64,000 bases of DNA from Psilocybe cubensis (taxonomy: Eukaryota). Each line of letters starts with the position of its first letter. Position 1 is the stretch's first letter. Positions 51,491-64,000 of the stretch are shown piece by piece. A model generated the notes under the pieces. The model saw only the letters and a list, made by a program, of their open reading frames with translations. It made no database searches and was not told where the DNA came from. The position numbers and the translations under genes were made by a program. The stretch spans positions 2,852,001 through 2,916,000 of the forward strand of contig CM038998.1 in the NCBI GenBank assembly GCA_017499595.2, written 5' to 3'.

Positions 51491-52298
51491 TGTCGTTTGC
51501 TCCTTTCTCTGTGTTTCTATCTTCTATGTCAATTCTAAATCTGGGACATGTATTACAATTGCTGAACTTTTATTGTTCTTGTTATCATTTCTACAAGAAG
51601 CTACTTTTGGTGTCTTCTAACGACTATCAATACGATGTAATTTGATCACGTTAAATACTTAACGGAATTATAACGGCACTGCCTACGTAAATTACTCAAA
51701 CTGGACGTCAAGTTGTAACGCAAAGAAGTCCACAATATTTTTCTCTCTTCTACTCTTCCAATAAGTTTATTTAAGTCTCCCAGTCAATTAAAATCACCAG
51801 AAGGGCTACCAAGGGGTTTCACATTCGAATGAATAATGGTTTTAGTTGTTATATTTCAGCCGTTGCCTTAAGATATAGTATGCGCAATATAGAGCCTAGT
51901 CAGTACACATTTAGTCGATCCTAGACTCCTAGTACTAGGAGACTCGGTACATGACTAACTACGAGTACGCATTGATATAACGTGACATGACATGGTCACA
52001 TTTTTATAAGTTCTGAAAGCGATATAGTAGTGAACATTTTGTGTCGTACTAATTAATGTTGATCTGAAGCGTTGTCTACTGTTCTGTTCCAGCGACATTC
52101 TTCATACTTCTTACGGTTTGGACTATGCTCTATCGTGGACGCACCGAATATTCACGCGCTTATAACACGGGACATATTATCAATTGCTGTCTCATTTTGA
52201 AGTGGCAATAGAAAAGGTGCAGTGGTTGCTCTAGTATGTGGTGACCATTCTATTCAGGAGTATTCTGTATATAGACACCTTCAGTTCTACTCGCTATA

Positions 52299-55200
52299 AT
52301 GACAACCAATGCTTTCAATTCATTGACCAACTTTCGCCTGCCCTTGCCTGGTCGACTAGTTGTCAATTCATGTTGCCCGGACAAAGATCTTGTTGTTTTA
52401 TTTTCTCGCATGGGGGGCGCTGACCGAATGAGTCTTTGGAGTTCTGTTAGAGGATCAAGAATATGGGAAATTGATGTGGGCAATGGAAATGGTGTTTGCC
52501 AGGCTGTTGCGATAGCTTGGAGTCCAGATGGTAAGTATCAACCATCCAAACGGTGACAATTTCTCAAAGTCACACAGGACAAAGTATAGCTGTCGTTCGC
52601 GAGCCTCTTGCTATTTCGATTCATTCCCTCCAAGATGGCCGTGTTGCATACAATTTGCCCATAAATACTGTCTCTGAACCTGGCAATCCTGCGGGCCATG
52701 TCACTGGCGTATGGTGGTTTCGTGACGACAAGACGGGACCATCCAATTCCAGCATTCCAGATATTTTCAAAAGAAACAATCTGATTGTCAGTCCTTTAAA
52801 TCACTTTGCGTTAACAATATCTTATGGCCTATTAGACGGGCTCAGCTCACTCTATTCTGAAGATACTTCCATTGCTAGACAGCATGCAGGAAGAGACTGA
52901 CAAATCAACGTATGGCAGTATTGTAACATGCAATTTTCCACTATTACTCACTATACTACTAAGGGCAACCGACTTGTTTGCATTTCAAGGATCACATACA
53001 CACTCGACCCAGAAATCTCACCTTCCAAAAATTATCGAAGTTTGGCCTAGCTTATTGGCCGATCCCGCTGCAGCGTCAATTGGTCGTACATCCCATGGAA
53101 AAATTGCTATGGACGAAGCAAACCTCGATGAGGCGGATACTTCTAATCTTGATAGCGTTCTCATGGTGGTTGATAACCTCGGACGCATATATTCATATCT
53201 TGATGGTCATTTTCCATTAGGCATTGTTGCTATTGGAAAGGAAGTGGATTTTGTCTCAGCTGTGAAGCATCCCTCCCGGCCCCTTTTTATAGGTCAACCT
53301 AGGATTATGACAGAAGGCTCATATTCTATCAACCTCACTCCCGCTATTATCCGAATGCCTCTTCTGTCGCAAAGAAAATCGCGAGACCTTGCCAAGCTGT
53401 CCACGACAGCACGTGAGATCGTTTGGTATGCTATGCGCTCAGTAAAAGAAATGCGCGAAGCTTGGTATGGGTCTGAAACTAACACTGGCGCTCGAGAATG
53501 GGGGCCAAGGTGGATAAAATCCCTTGAAACCAAACAGAAGGAACAATTCGGTCGTATGTAGCAGTCATTCGTTTGATTGAATCGAGAAATCGAACTTACA
53601 ATAAATTAGAGCTGTATTCAGATCCTATCTTGGATTTAACTTATCTTTTGGGGACCGGGAGATCATCAGAAGCTTTGCAAGATTTCCTTGGTAGTGGGGA
53701 ACAAATGAGTGAACGAGTAAGTGATTTGAGTTTATTGAGCGTCAGAGACTCACACTGGATAGGGTCTTTTAAAATGGGAAACTACCGTCTCTGAGGCATT
53801 CATCAAATTGCGCGATTACTCAGAAAAGCGCATCGCGCCTGCCCTTCAAAGATTACATATCGTTTTGGAGGAAGTACAAGGATGGTCGAACCTGTACGTG
53901 CTTCTTATGATGATTAAGAATTCTTTTTTAATGGTATTGAAGCCAGCAGTTTTCCTCGTTTGAACTGAGCGCCCATGATATTACTTATTGCCTCGATATG
54001 GCCAGCAGAGGGATAATCATAGCAAGTTGGCTGGCAGCTGTTTCAAGGCGGGAATTGCTTCGTTTCAGAGAATTTATATCATGGCTACGTTATGGTGAAT
54101 TCCACGTTCATATATAAAAATGGATTATTAATATTGTTGCAACAGAGGTCACCAATTTGAACAACACTTCAAACGAGGTAAATGTCATTCAACACGATAT
54201 CCTGGAAGTGAACAACTATTTCATTGCGGGCCTTGAGGAGAGCCCCGTCGATCAGTGGTTCACAGGGCCATTACCTCAGTTCCGACTGGTTGACCTAGGT
54301 TTCGCTGAGTTCCAGAATGGCCCGTTAGGGCAGGCATTGGAACATGCTCATAGTGTTGCTGCTAATGCGTCTCAAATGGCTTGGCAGAAGGTCCGTCAAA
54401 ATCCACCCAAAGCATCATTCGGCATCTCAAATACCGCTAGACTTTCCCGCAAAGGGATCTTTCTGGTGTAGATAGGAACCTCGAAGCATTGATTCAGGAA
54501 CTAGGCAATTGCTGTGAACGAGTTTTTCATCACGCATCTGCAGCTGCCTCCCGCTCTGCAGTTGTTTCATTTGATCCCCTATCGAAACCAAAGCGGGAAC
54601 CGGAGACGATGCCTGTACCCGAACAACCTTTGGGCTTCCCCTTCCGGGAAAGGTCTGTATTGAGTGAGGTAGGTGAAACGCGCGCCATGATATCAGACAG
54701 GACCTTGCTGACTCTGTTGCTAGAATAGTGAACTCATCCAACATCTAATTTCTCATTTTCCATACCCCGACAGCAATGCGCGTGAGTTGGTTTGTTAATA
54801 AAGCTCGATCATCCTAAATGAGAATTTTCTTATGGCAGTGCTTCTTGTCGAACTCCGTTTTGAGGTTGAGGCACCTGAGTTGCCATCTGAAATTGGCGTT
54901 GCGCTTCTCGAATGCTATCTCACGGAGGAAGGTGAAGAACAAAGTAATTTTGACCTCCTGGACGCCGACTTTTTCGACGATGAATGTGTCGTAATTATTT
55001 ACCGGCTTCGCGAGGGAGAAAGTAAGTTCGTTTAGAGGCTATTTTCCACTGTTTAGGCTGATCTTAATGAACGTGAAGAGAAAACCTTTATAGCAACGCT
55101 CAGCTACGATAATATAGGATATCAAAATCTGCTGCACGACGCGTACGTAAAGAGGTCCACCCGTGAAGATTTGATGCAGGATACCTTGCAATTGTGGAAG

Positions 55201-55468
55201 GACGGTCAAGTAGGGAATAATTATCATCGCTTTGTGTCCGGAGTTGTGCTGACTAGCTAGTGTTCAGTTACCTTTACAGAGGGTCTCTGTTGACCGCCGG
55301 CGAGCACTGTCAGGCTGCAAGACTGGCGCTGTTTCTATGGCGCTGAATGGTAGGGTGAATCGTCGGGTAGCATGTGTACTTGATTCGACCGGGACGTGGT
55401 TGGAATCGTTTGATATGGAAGGAGACGCAGAGGACATGGAAGTTGCGGATGATGCTGGAGCAGGTTAG
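52299..55468 (+). CDS. APC4: Anaphase-promoting complex subunit 4
   Basis: N-terminal WD40 (SCCPDKDLV...RIWE...IAWSPDG), DLTYLLGTGRSSEALQDFL, PALQRLHIVLEEVQG, FREFISWL, ALNGRVNRRVACV. Confidence 0.85.
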
Positions 55469-56018
55469 AAGTTCGGAGCACCTCCGGAGACCATGCCGTT
55501 GCCTGCATCGACGGGCTTCATTTTGCAAGTGGGGGGAGCTGGGTGGTACCAAATCAGCATCCGACGCGACGATGCCCCTTCTAACTCGATATAGAAAAAG
55601 GGAACATGGTGGGACGGATATTGCGGTGAGAATACGGACGCAAGGACGGTGACTGGCAAAAATGTAATCAAATAGATCTGAGGGATTGTGGTGATACTGT
55701 TTACTGGGTTGGATGGGATGCGTGTTTGAGTGGCGGGTGTTGTTTGTGATTTAGATTAAGAAAGTGGATGGGTTCGATGGAGATAAAATTCCGTAGAAGA
55801 AGCGAGACGCATTCAGGTCCCAGTCATCTTCCAGAAAGGTGTGCTGTCAGTGCGTGAGCGCCGCACCCCTTCAGGCCAAACTTAAATTGTCCATAACATC
55901 GGCTAAGTAGAACGACAGAAAGGGCCGCGGACCCTCTCCTCGTGTCCTCAGAAGAATTCTTTTTCTATCGCATTTTAACCCGCAACATCTTTCTCCGCTT
56001 TCCCCATTTTGCCCTCTA

Positions 56019-57586
56019 ATGCCAAAGTCCAATACCAACGACTCCCCGCCTCGCTCCACCGCCAATCCAAAACCTCCATCTGAGGTCTCTACGCGTATGA
56101 CCGACGTCGCTCTTCGAAAGAAGAAGAATGCCGATGCTCAGGCTGCCTTTCGTGCCAGGCGTGCAAATTATATCGCCACTCTTGAGGAGACAGGTACATG
56201 ATCTCAATCTGTCCACTGTCATCTTGTCTCCCTTGTTCTGACTTCTGCATAGTCACAAACTTGGAATCCGTCGTTCTCCAAGTTCAGGAAGCATCGCGCG
56301 ACCTTCAGAATTTGAATGCCGAACTACGACAGGAAAACATTCGTCTTCGTGTAGAATCCCGGGAACGCGAAAAGTTCTGGCGAGCTCTATTTCAAACGCG
56401 AAAATCAGGCCGTGTGGATGATCTGCCTGCCCTACCATCGTTATCGTCGCCATTTCTGGCGCAAGCTCAACTTTCCGATTTGTCTGCTCATCCACCAGGT
56501 CCTGCCCCAGTTGTAGTGCATACGCAATATGGAGGTGGGCAGATAACATACAGAGGCGAATCGGATGCAAGCCAGGGACACTATAGCAGCCCAGCAAGTG
56601 GAAATGGGGCTAATTTTAACAATCAGTCACCAACAATCCCATTCCCAAATACCACTGAAATGGCTGCAGACGGATCATCTGCGTCGCACCTCAATGCCCG
56701 TGGCACTAAGTATCCACCGGCGCACCCATATCCCCTCTCGAGAGATGCCCGCTGGCAGGCCTCACCTCCAATAGTTCCCGGAGGGGAATCTGGTACACCT
56801 CCACATTCACAATCTCCCGTTTATGTTCACTCTCCTACCCTCACCGCTACTTCAGATATGATTACCTATCCTGGACGGTTTAACGGCGACGAGCAGAAGG
56901 GTGCCCTGAACTCTGTGTTGGAGAATGCGCCCTACGTGTTTCCCAATGGCGATCGATTTCACCAAAGCGTCGGGGACACTCTGCCAAATAGTCGGTCATT
57001 GTCACCAACAGCTTCTACCCCAAGTTCATCTACATCTATTCCTATGACGTCATCTTTTCCTTTCAGTTTTCATGAACAGCCCTCTGGACAAGATCGTACA
57101 GGTTTTGATTACCGGAGACATTCTCTTCCCCACTGCCCAGAGGTGACCCTCCACGGCGGCACTGCCGACATCTCTCTCACGGGTCAGACTTCTGATCCAG
57201 TACGTTATCGAACCAGCCGACGACCTGAGACCACCGCCGAGTACCCGCCGATAATCCCTGCAAATGATAATGAACTCGATCTACCCAGCAGCGATGGTGA
57301 CATCCCTTTTACAAACGAGCATCTTCGGACACGTCGTAATACCGCTCATTCCCATCCTCAACCAGAACCATCGTCTCCTGGACCTACGCCAATCTCATGC
57401 ACCGTGGCTGTTATCAAAGCTCACGCTTTCGGGGCTTTGCGTAGAACGCGAGCGAGGGGCAAAAAATCCTCCCAAGGGGCCGCTAAAGTTGCAATGGACG
57501 TGCTAGAAGCTAGAGGAATCAGTGTGCCTACTGGCTCCAAGAGACCCCGTTTAGAAGAAGATGACTTTGACGTCGAAACACCATAA
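56019..57586 (+). CDS. bZIP transcription factor
   Basis: RKKKNADAQAAFRARRANYIATLEET / VTNLESVV...L...L...LRQEN leucine zipper. One intron. Confidence 0.85.
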
Positions 57587-57978
57587 CTGCATTTCTCGTC
57601 AATTTTCCACAGTTGCACAATGGAGGACATTGTATCTATAGCTAATTCATCGAAATGTTTTGATCGCTCTCGCACGTTGTATGTAGATACCACTTGTTCC
57701 ATATACCTTGTCTGTTCTAAACCTGTATTGACCAACACATCTGTAACATACCTCTCTTGTCGAAATGCTCTATCATCCTATCTACGTAGTCACCCTCAAT
57801 TTATAGGAATATGTATTTTACTAGAAGACGAGTGGTATGAATAATCTTTGTCGTCTTCCGCTACTACGCCTATGAAACCTTCACTACCTTCAATTGTGGA
57901 TACTGTATTCGTTCGCCGGTTCCAATCATGCTAATGTCATCTTTGCGTGTTTCCCACTTCAACTGGAAACAATGAATG

Positions 57979-59129
57979 TCAACGAACTACTGGAACGGCT
58001 ACATCCCATGGCCCACGAATGATACTGTGAAATTATCAGTTAGGTGGCATCCGCCGTAATTGTTTTCTCGATATACGCACTTTTTATATCGCTGTGCCCA
58101 CAGCAAAACTCCAGGGGCAACTAGTGTGACAAAAAATAAAACAGAGGAACATAGCCACATAATGGTGCGGGATAATTCGGCAATTAGGTAGATGGCAGAG
58201 AACCAGAGGCCAATAGTAATCAAACCCCACACAACGATTGAAGAAGACTGACAATAGGAAGTGCTATTCAGAATCCGAGTACAGATCAGGCAAACAAAAA
58301 CTTACTTGTAAACGGTGACGCAACATAGGAAACAAAGCAAAGGACTGAATGGAGAATAACATCAATGCGAAAACAGAGACATCCGTTGCGAGACGCGACG
58401 CCAGAACTACAGATGCAGATACAGCTGCGTTCATTGACAACACCGATGAAAGCCTATGGGGAAGGGTGAGAGATTGTTCGATGTAATTTAGATTGTTGTT
58501 ACCCTTCATGAGAGTCTTCTGGTTTACTAGCAGTATAATCAGCTAGAAGAGCATTTAGACTAAAAAGAACGACGGATAACGCCCAAATAGAATCAGAGGA
58601 TGTAGCGGCAGTCAAGGTCCGTAAAACTGGTGAAAGTGACATAAGTGCCAAAAACATCATAATAGAAGATTTCAGCGTCTTAAGGTCTGATATATGATGT
58701 CGTGAGATTTAGTACAGCAGACCTTCAAGCAAACGTACGACTAGAGTGACGCTCTGCGCTGCCTCTTTGATCTAATGTATTCCATATGACGTAGCCAACG
58801 AGGAAGCATAACACAGAACCGCATATGAGAGACCGAGGGTCCAACTTTTGATCCTTCAACCGAACAAACACAGCTAGAAATATAAAGGTCACCGCAAGAT
58901 GCTGAGTGAGTGAGCAGGACAGAACAACTAAAGGCCAATAAGTGTAGGGTCGAAAATTGGCTGTAGAGTATTACAATCAGCCAACATTACAAAAAATTTT
59001 TAGCACAGACAACCCACGGTTTCTTTGCAAAGAAGCAAGAAATAGCGCAGGGGGGACATAATTATCTGGATAATCCTGTCGTTTCCAGAGCACTTTTTGC
59101 CAACCGTAGTGTTCAAACGTTCGAGTCAT
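57979..59129 (-). CDS. GPI2: GPI-GlcNAc transferase subunit C (PIG-C/Gpi2)
   Basis: WQKVLWKRQDYPDNYVP..FL, LSPVLRTLTAATSSDSIWAL, SMNAAVSASVVLASRL, WAQRYK..IRGPWDVA. Confidence 0.93.
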
Positions 59130-59869
59130 GTAACAAATCAATATGTGTTGTTTCGACCTGTGGCTAATGCTCACATTATTATACTGGGACTAAAGATGAT
59201 TAATTGTTGAGCATACCGTCGAATGCAAATAAAATGGTCGAGTCTCGAGCCAATATTGACTCTCTCAAGCTTTCAGCATGGTGTTGTATACTGGGTAACT
59301 TGCCAATGTCATCATTGATCACGGTTCACCTTCACGTCACGGAGCCTAGCGCTCACTTTCGGTATCTTATCTGGTTACCGATCAACATTACTTCAGTACT
59401 TATCGTTGTTGTCAACTTAGTGTGTTATGCATACATAGTCCTTGCATGAGCTAAAGTCTGTGCGATAAAAAGTATATGGGATAACAATATCGAAACAATT
59501 CTCGTCATTCGTCGCATTCTTTTTCTCAATCAGAATGCTATAATGACCCAAAAACAAATCAGGGTTAGATGTCCACGAAGCATGATAGAGCCTCGTTTCA
59601 AGATAACACTGATTAAAATTCACGGCTTCAAATTTTGGGAATCCGTGCAGAGAGGTCGAGAATTTACTCGGATCGAAATTCCGAGTGTGCCGCAATTCTG
59701 AGGGAATTTTTGGCTACTTTGAATTGATTGTTATCCATGTGTCCATAAAGCGTGTATCGGGTGAGGCAGCACATCCCCGTTATAGTGATATTTAGAAGAG
59801 CGGAGGGTATCCCATGCCAGCACGGTCAAGGGCCCCGTGAGCAAATAGTGAATCGACGAACTTGTCGTT

Positions 59870-60288
59870 TCAGTCCCACTGGAAAGGTATTGTCATTACC
59901 GTTTGTCAAAATGCACTCAGGGCAATGTTGTGCACTCACGACTAGTCTTTCAACTTCTTGTTGTGGTGGTCCCGGTTTAGAGCTATTTTGTTTTGCCAAC
60001 TGCTCTGAAAGTTTTCCCTGATTCGGGTTGGACTTATTTGTGCCCCTATTTTGCGCCTGTGGAGCATTTCCAGAAGACGGTTTGGAAGTGACACTGAGTA
60101 CCACTTACCGCCTGTAATCGACGCTCTGCTGCTTCCGCCGCAGCGGCACGAGGATCAGAAGGTTTAGGAGCTTCGCGGTTTGTGTCTCTAGCGGTAGCTT
60201 GATTTCTGCTGACGGGACCTGATCCTAGAACGGTATGGCCGCCCTCATACGCACTGCCAGCTGAGGTCTTTGAGCAAGAAGAACCCAT
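59870..60288 (-). CDS. Small SVIP-like protein (N-myristoylation motif + VCP-interacting motif)
   Basis: MGSSCSK N-terminus; RAAAAEAAERR matches RX5AAX2R; three exons ending LV/WD*. Confidence 0.75.
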
Positions 60289-60454
60289 GTTGTAATTGTA
60301 AAGGGGTATCATCGCTTAATCAATAACTCAATGCATAGCCTTCACATGTGACAATTGACTTTGCCGCATTCAAACTTCAACAAACGCTTGCCAAATTTTG
60401 TGATTTAAAATTACATTGTATGTATCAGGGTCCTGAATCCACGACAAAGATAAA

Positions 60455-61115
60455 TTAATTGTCAGAGACTGGGCCATATCCACCTCGTGAATCTGAAGGG
60501 ACAGCAGTTCTTCCAAAACGGGTCAAACCAAGGGGACCATCGGGCTCGTCTCGTCGTGGAATCCAGGGCTTTCAATAGCGATTAGTTAACAGCACGGTTC
60601 AAGCGAATGAGTGTTTGACTCACTTCCCACCATCTTGCATTAGTGTTTCGTCGATTCCAAGGTAACTCTGCAGTTATCCCGGCTTTCAGCATGCGGGTCT
60701 TGATACCAGCACCAAGCAGAAGGCCGAAAACTGTCAACAGGAACAAAGTCACCACCAGCTGATCCCGAGGTGAGTCGCGTTCTAGCCAAACTATATTGGA
60801 ATATGCGCGAATTAAAGAAAAAGGGAAGCTCACGAAAGCATCTAGCCTCTACGGTGCCCTCCTTTCCAGTAGCGGTGTCAGGATCTGTGTTGCCAATGGT
60901 AGCCCCCGCGCAGATAGGTAGATTTTGATTCAAGCACCATTGCTTTGTGCAAGATAAGCAAGGTTGGGATGGATTATCAGGTATATTCAAGGTTAAGATT
61001 GCAGAGCTCGTCTGGAAGCAAATGCCTACGGAAAGGTTGTTGTCAATAGATGAACGAGCCGTTTGATAAGTTGGAAAAAAACGTCATACATTTACAGAAA
61101 TTGGTTGCTTCCCAT
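60455..61115 (-). CDS. Small Cys-rich single-pass membrane protein, uncharacterised
   Basis: MGSNQFCKC / ICF...PCLSCTKQWCL...C...ARCF / RDSPRDQLVVTLFLLTVFGLLLGAG, four exons with canonical splice sites. Confidence 0.7.
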
Positions 61116-61429
61116 TTCTTCCAACCAGCTTCAACTGACACCTAAGATACCCATTAGTTAGCATCTTTATCGATGATATAAAGGACAGACGAGTAGTGTC
61201 AGCAGAACGAAAAGGATATGAGGTAGAAACACCAATTTAGAGTGTATCATGGTGACATGTCAGGAGCTATACGTCGATGAAAATGGTAATTATGGGACGT
61301 GCGCTGAGCTTGAACTTTGACGCGTCTTGACCTTACAACTCTTAACTACCATCTCTACCTAGTACCTGGCCACAACTTCGGTGGAAACGGCCCACCAAGC
61401 CCTTCCTTTCTCTTCTATTCTATTTCATT

Positions 61430-63011
61430 ATGTCCGGGGAATATGACGATGTCCTCACCAACCAGCCAGTGGTCATTGACAATGTTTGTCATTTCCTACG
61501 CACCATGTAATTATGTCTTTAATTCTGACTTCTTTTCAAGGGTTCTGGTACCATAAAGGCCGGCTTTGCTGGGCAGGATCATCCTAAATGCTTCTTTCCG
61601 TCTTTGTGCGTCTTCACGGTTAGGCTTGTTATCCAACACAACATCGTCTGTTTACCATTATACCAAATCAGTGTTGGTCGCCCAAAACATGTGCGCGTTA
61701 TGGCTGGTGCCCTGGAGGGGGACGCCTTTATTGGCCGACGCGCTCAGGAATACAGGGGTCTGCTGAAAATAAAATACCCGATGGAACATGGAATCGTGAC
61801 TGACTGGGATGATATGGAACGAATATGGAACTGGGTGTATACAGAGGAACTGGGCACGCTGAGTGAGGAGGTGCGTTATTCTTTCTTCCTTTCAATTTAG
61901 TGCTTAAGTCACTATGACACTAGCATCCTGTTTTACTGACCGAGGCTCCTCTGAATCCTCGGAGTAACAGAGATGTGGCAGCACAGATATTTTTTGAGAC
62001 TTTCAATGTTCCTGCTCTTTTCACTTCCGTTCAAGCCGTCTTGTCATTGTAAGTATTCAAGCTTTCACCATTTGTGCGTCTTTTATACTACAATTCATAG
62101 GTACTCGTCAGGGAGAACCACAGGCATCGTCCTAGATTCCGGAGATGGTGTGACGCATGCCGTCCCTGTGTTCGAAGGATTCTCTATGCCTCATGCTATC
62201 CGTCGTGTTGATGTGGCTGGAAGGTAAACAACTACTCTTATTAACTTTTTCTAATCTCAAAGTGGCGTAGAGACGTGACCGATTATCTTCAACTCCTTCT
62301 TCGGAAATCTGGACACCATCTTCACACAACTGCAGAGCGCGAAGTTGTCAGAACTATCAAAGAGAAATGTTGCTATATTGCCTTAAATCCTGCGAAGGAG
62401 GAAAAGGATGCTGCAGGACGTGTCGAAGAGTTCCGATTGCCTGACGGGAACGTTGTCCAAGTACGTTTAATCTCATACGTCATCAACGCTTTAAATCTAA
62501 CATGTTGCCTTCGTATCCAGCTTGGTGTTGAACGATTCCGTGCCCCTGAAATTCTTTTTAATCCCGAATTAATTGGTCAGGAATACGCTGGCGTGCACCA
62601 AGTCGTCGTTGATTCCATTGTTCGGGTGGATTTGGACCTTCGAAAGAGTTTATTCTCAAATATTGTACTAAGCGGAGGAAGTACGCTTTGTAAAGGTACC
62701 TTATACCGTTTAAGTTTCCAATCGGTTTGATATGGCTCATTCATCACTTTAAGGGTTCGGAGACCGATTGCTCAACGAAGTAAAGAAAGTGGCCGTCAAA
62801 GATGTTAGGATCAAGATATATGCACCGCCGGAGCGCAAGTACTCCACCTGGATCGGTGGCTCAATCTTAGCTGGCCTAAATACCTTTAAAAAGGTGGGCA
62901 AACTGATTTTCTTTCTAGTCATTTTGACTCACCGACTTTTGGTAGATGTGGGTGTCTGCCGAGGAGTATCAAGAGGATCCAGATATTATACACAAGAAGT
63001 CGGGTTTCTGA
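61430..63011 (+). CDS. ARP1: Actin-related protein 1 (centractin, dynactin)
   Basis: [86 protein letters not shown]. Confidence 0.94.
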
Positions 63012-63248
63012 TTTGGTAACCTTGGATCTTTGCATTTCATCTTATGATACCCATATACGACTTATTAATCCATATTCCACCATTATCATCATTGAGACGA
63101 GGCCAGCTTATGCAATGAAATTGTTCGACTGAGGACATGCTGCAGAACAGAGACCAAAAAAGGTATGGAGGGGCACATGCATAATATTGGTGAAAGACGA
63201 TATATGCATACAAAGTAAAGCCAGATACTGGAAGGCGGCGGACAACCT

Positions 63249-63919
63249 CTACTTCTTCTTGGGAGCCTCTGAGGCCTTGGATTTTTTGGTGCCGCGGAGC
63301 TGAGGACATATTGTCAGATAACAACATTGAGATAATTAAAATGAACCATTCACCTTCTTAGCGCGGTTCTTGCGTTCCTTCCGTAGCTTACGGGAGGGTT
63401 TGTCAACCTTGGCCTCAAGACCCGACTAATGATTGGTTAGGCAGAATTACCAAAGCATGCAAACGTGCTACGTACTCGCACTAGACGATACTTGGGCTCG
63501 AATTTCTTCTGCGACGCCTCATCGTCGTAAATCAAAGCAAAGCCAGTGCTGCGTCCTCCTCCGAATTGTGTTCGCAGACCAAAGGTAACAACACGGTTCT
63601 TGTCTGTCTTGTACAGAGCGGCGAGTTTCTCAGAGAGTTCGGCTCTTGAGACGTTGGGGCGGGAAGGGTGGAGGATGTCCACGACGAATTGGCGTCTAGC
63701 CAAGAGGCGGTTCGTGATGAACTTTCGCGTGCGGAGAGTGACAGGGGCTGAGTTGTCGGCCTATAGACAAGCAAAAAAAAACAGTTAGCACGGTTCTTTC
63801 GCCGGTTTCCATCCTCCTCGACATGTATCCTGCGTTTCGATCCCGCTCTCCCATCACAACTTCTCCCACCAGTCGATGTTCATAGCACGATCATAGGTTC
63901 ACCATATAAAACTCACCAT
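63249..63919 (-). CDS. RPS24: 40S ribosomal protein S24 (eS24)
   Basis: ATG followed immediately by an intron, then [32 protein letters not shown]...[14 protein letters not shown]...[13 protein letters not shown] / FRGTKK...KKK*. Confidence 0.97.
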
Positions 63920-64000
63920 TTTGATGCCTGCGTCCAGTTCTAGTGCAGCATGTCAACAAACGGCTCTGCGACATAGCGGACGGCCATTCTTACCTTGCTT

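Noticed and set aside
59470-59720. Possible transposon relic with a small hairpin (ACTCGGA...TCCGAGT)
   Set aside because: No TIR pair, TSD or coding similarity could be identified.
63762-63916. Intronic snoRNA in RPS24 intron 1 (also checked RPL32 and LSM1 introns)
   Set aside because: No properly arranged C/D boxes or H/ACA hairpins were visible. An Rfam search would be needed.

Overview
Gene-dense, intron-rich fungal nuclear DNA with short (~50-60 nt) GT-AG introns and CTRAY branch points. The gene content and style fit an agaricomycete basidiomycete (inference). I can support about 28 protein-coding genes. Most are housekeeping: RPL32, MEMO1, STM1-like, SPP1-like PHD, LSM1, NDUFA5, MRPL32, thiolase, RPS3, MPP10, SEC9, MYG1, RPL15, SurE, APC4, GPI2, ARP1 and RPS24. 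The rest include two tandem PL8 lyases, a GH16, an MFS transporter, a stand-alone SRA-YDG protein, a RasGEF fused to a Ras-like P-loop domain, a bZIP factor and an SVIP-like protein. There is also one intron-containing tRNA-Ser(TGA). The most unusual observations are: (1) an array of three further tRNA 3'-end + terminator copies directly behind the tRNA; (2) a 592-bp TIR element with a TA target-site duplication sitting in exon 1 of a MARVEL-like membrane gene, which might be removed by in-frame cryptic splicing; (3) a MEMO1 start codon split by a GC-AG intron; (4) the GTPase-like/RasGEF fusion; (5) a cluster of ribosome-related genes with a candidate shared promoter motif. Gene ends and exons were assembled by eye, so coordinates may be off by a few bases. 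No database searches were run.
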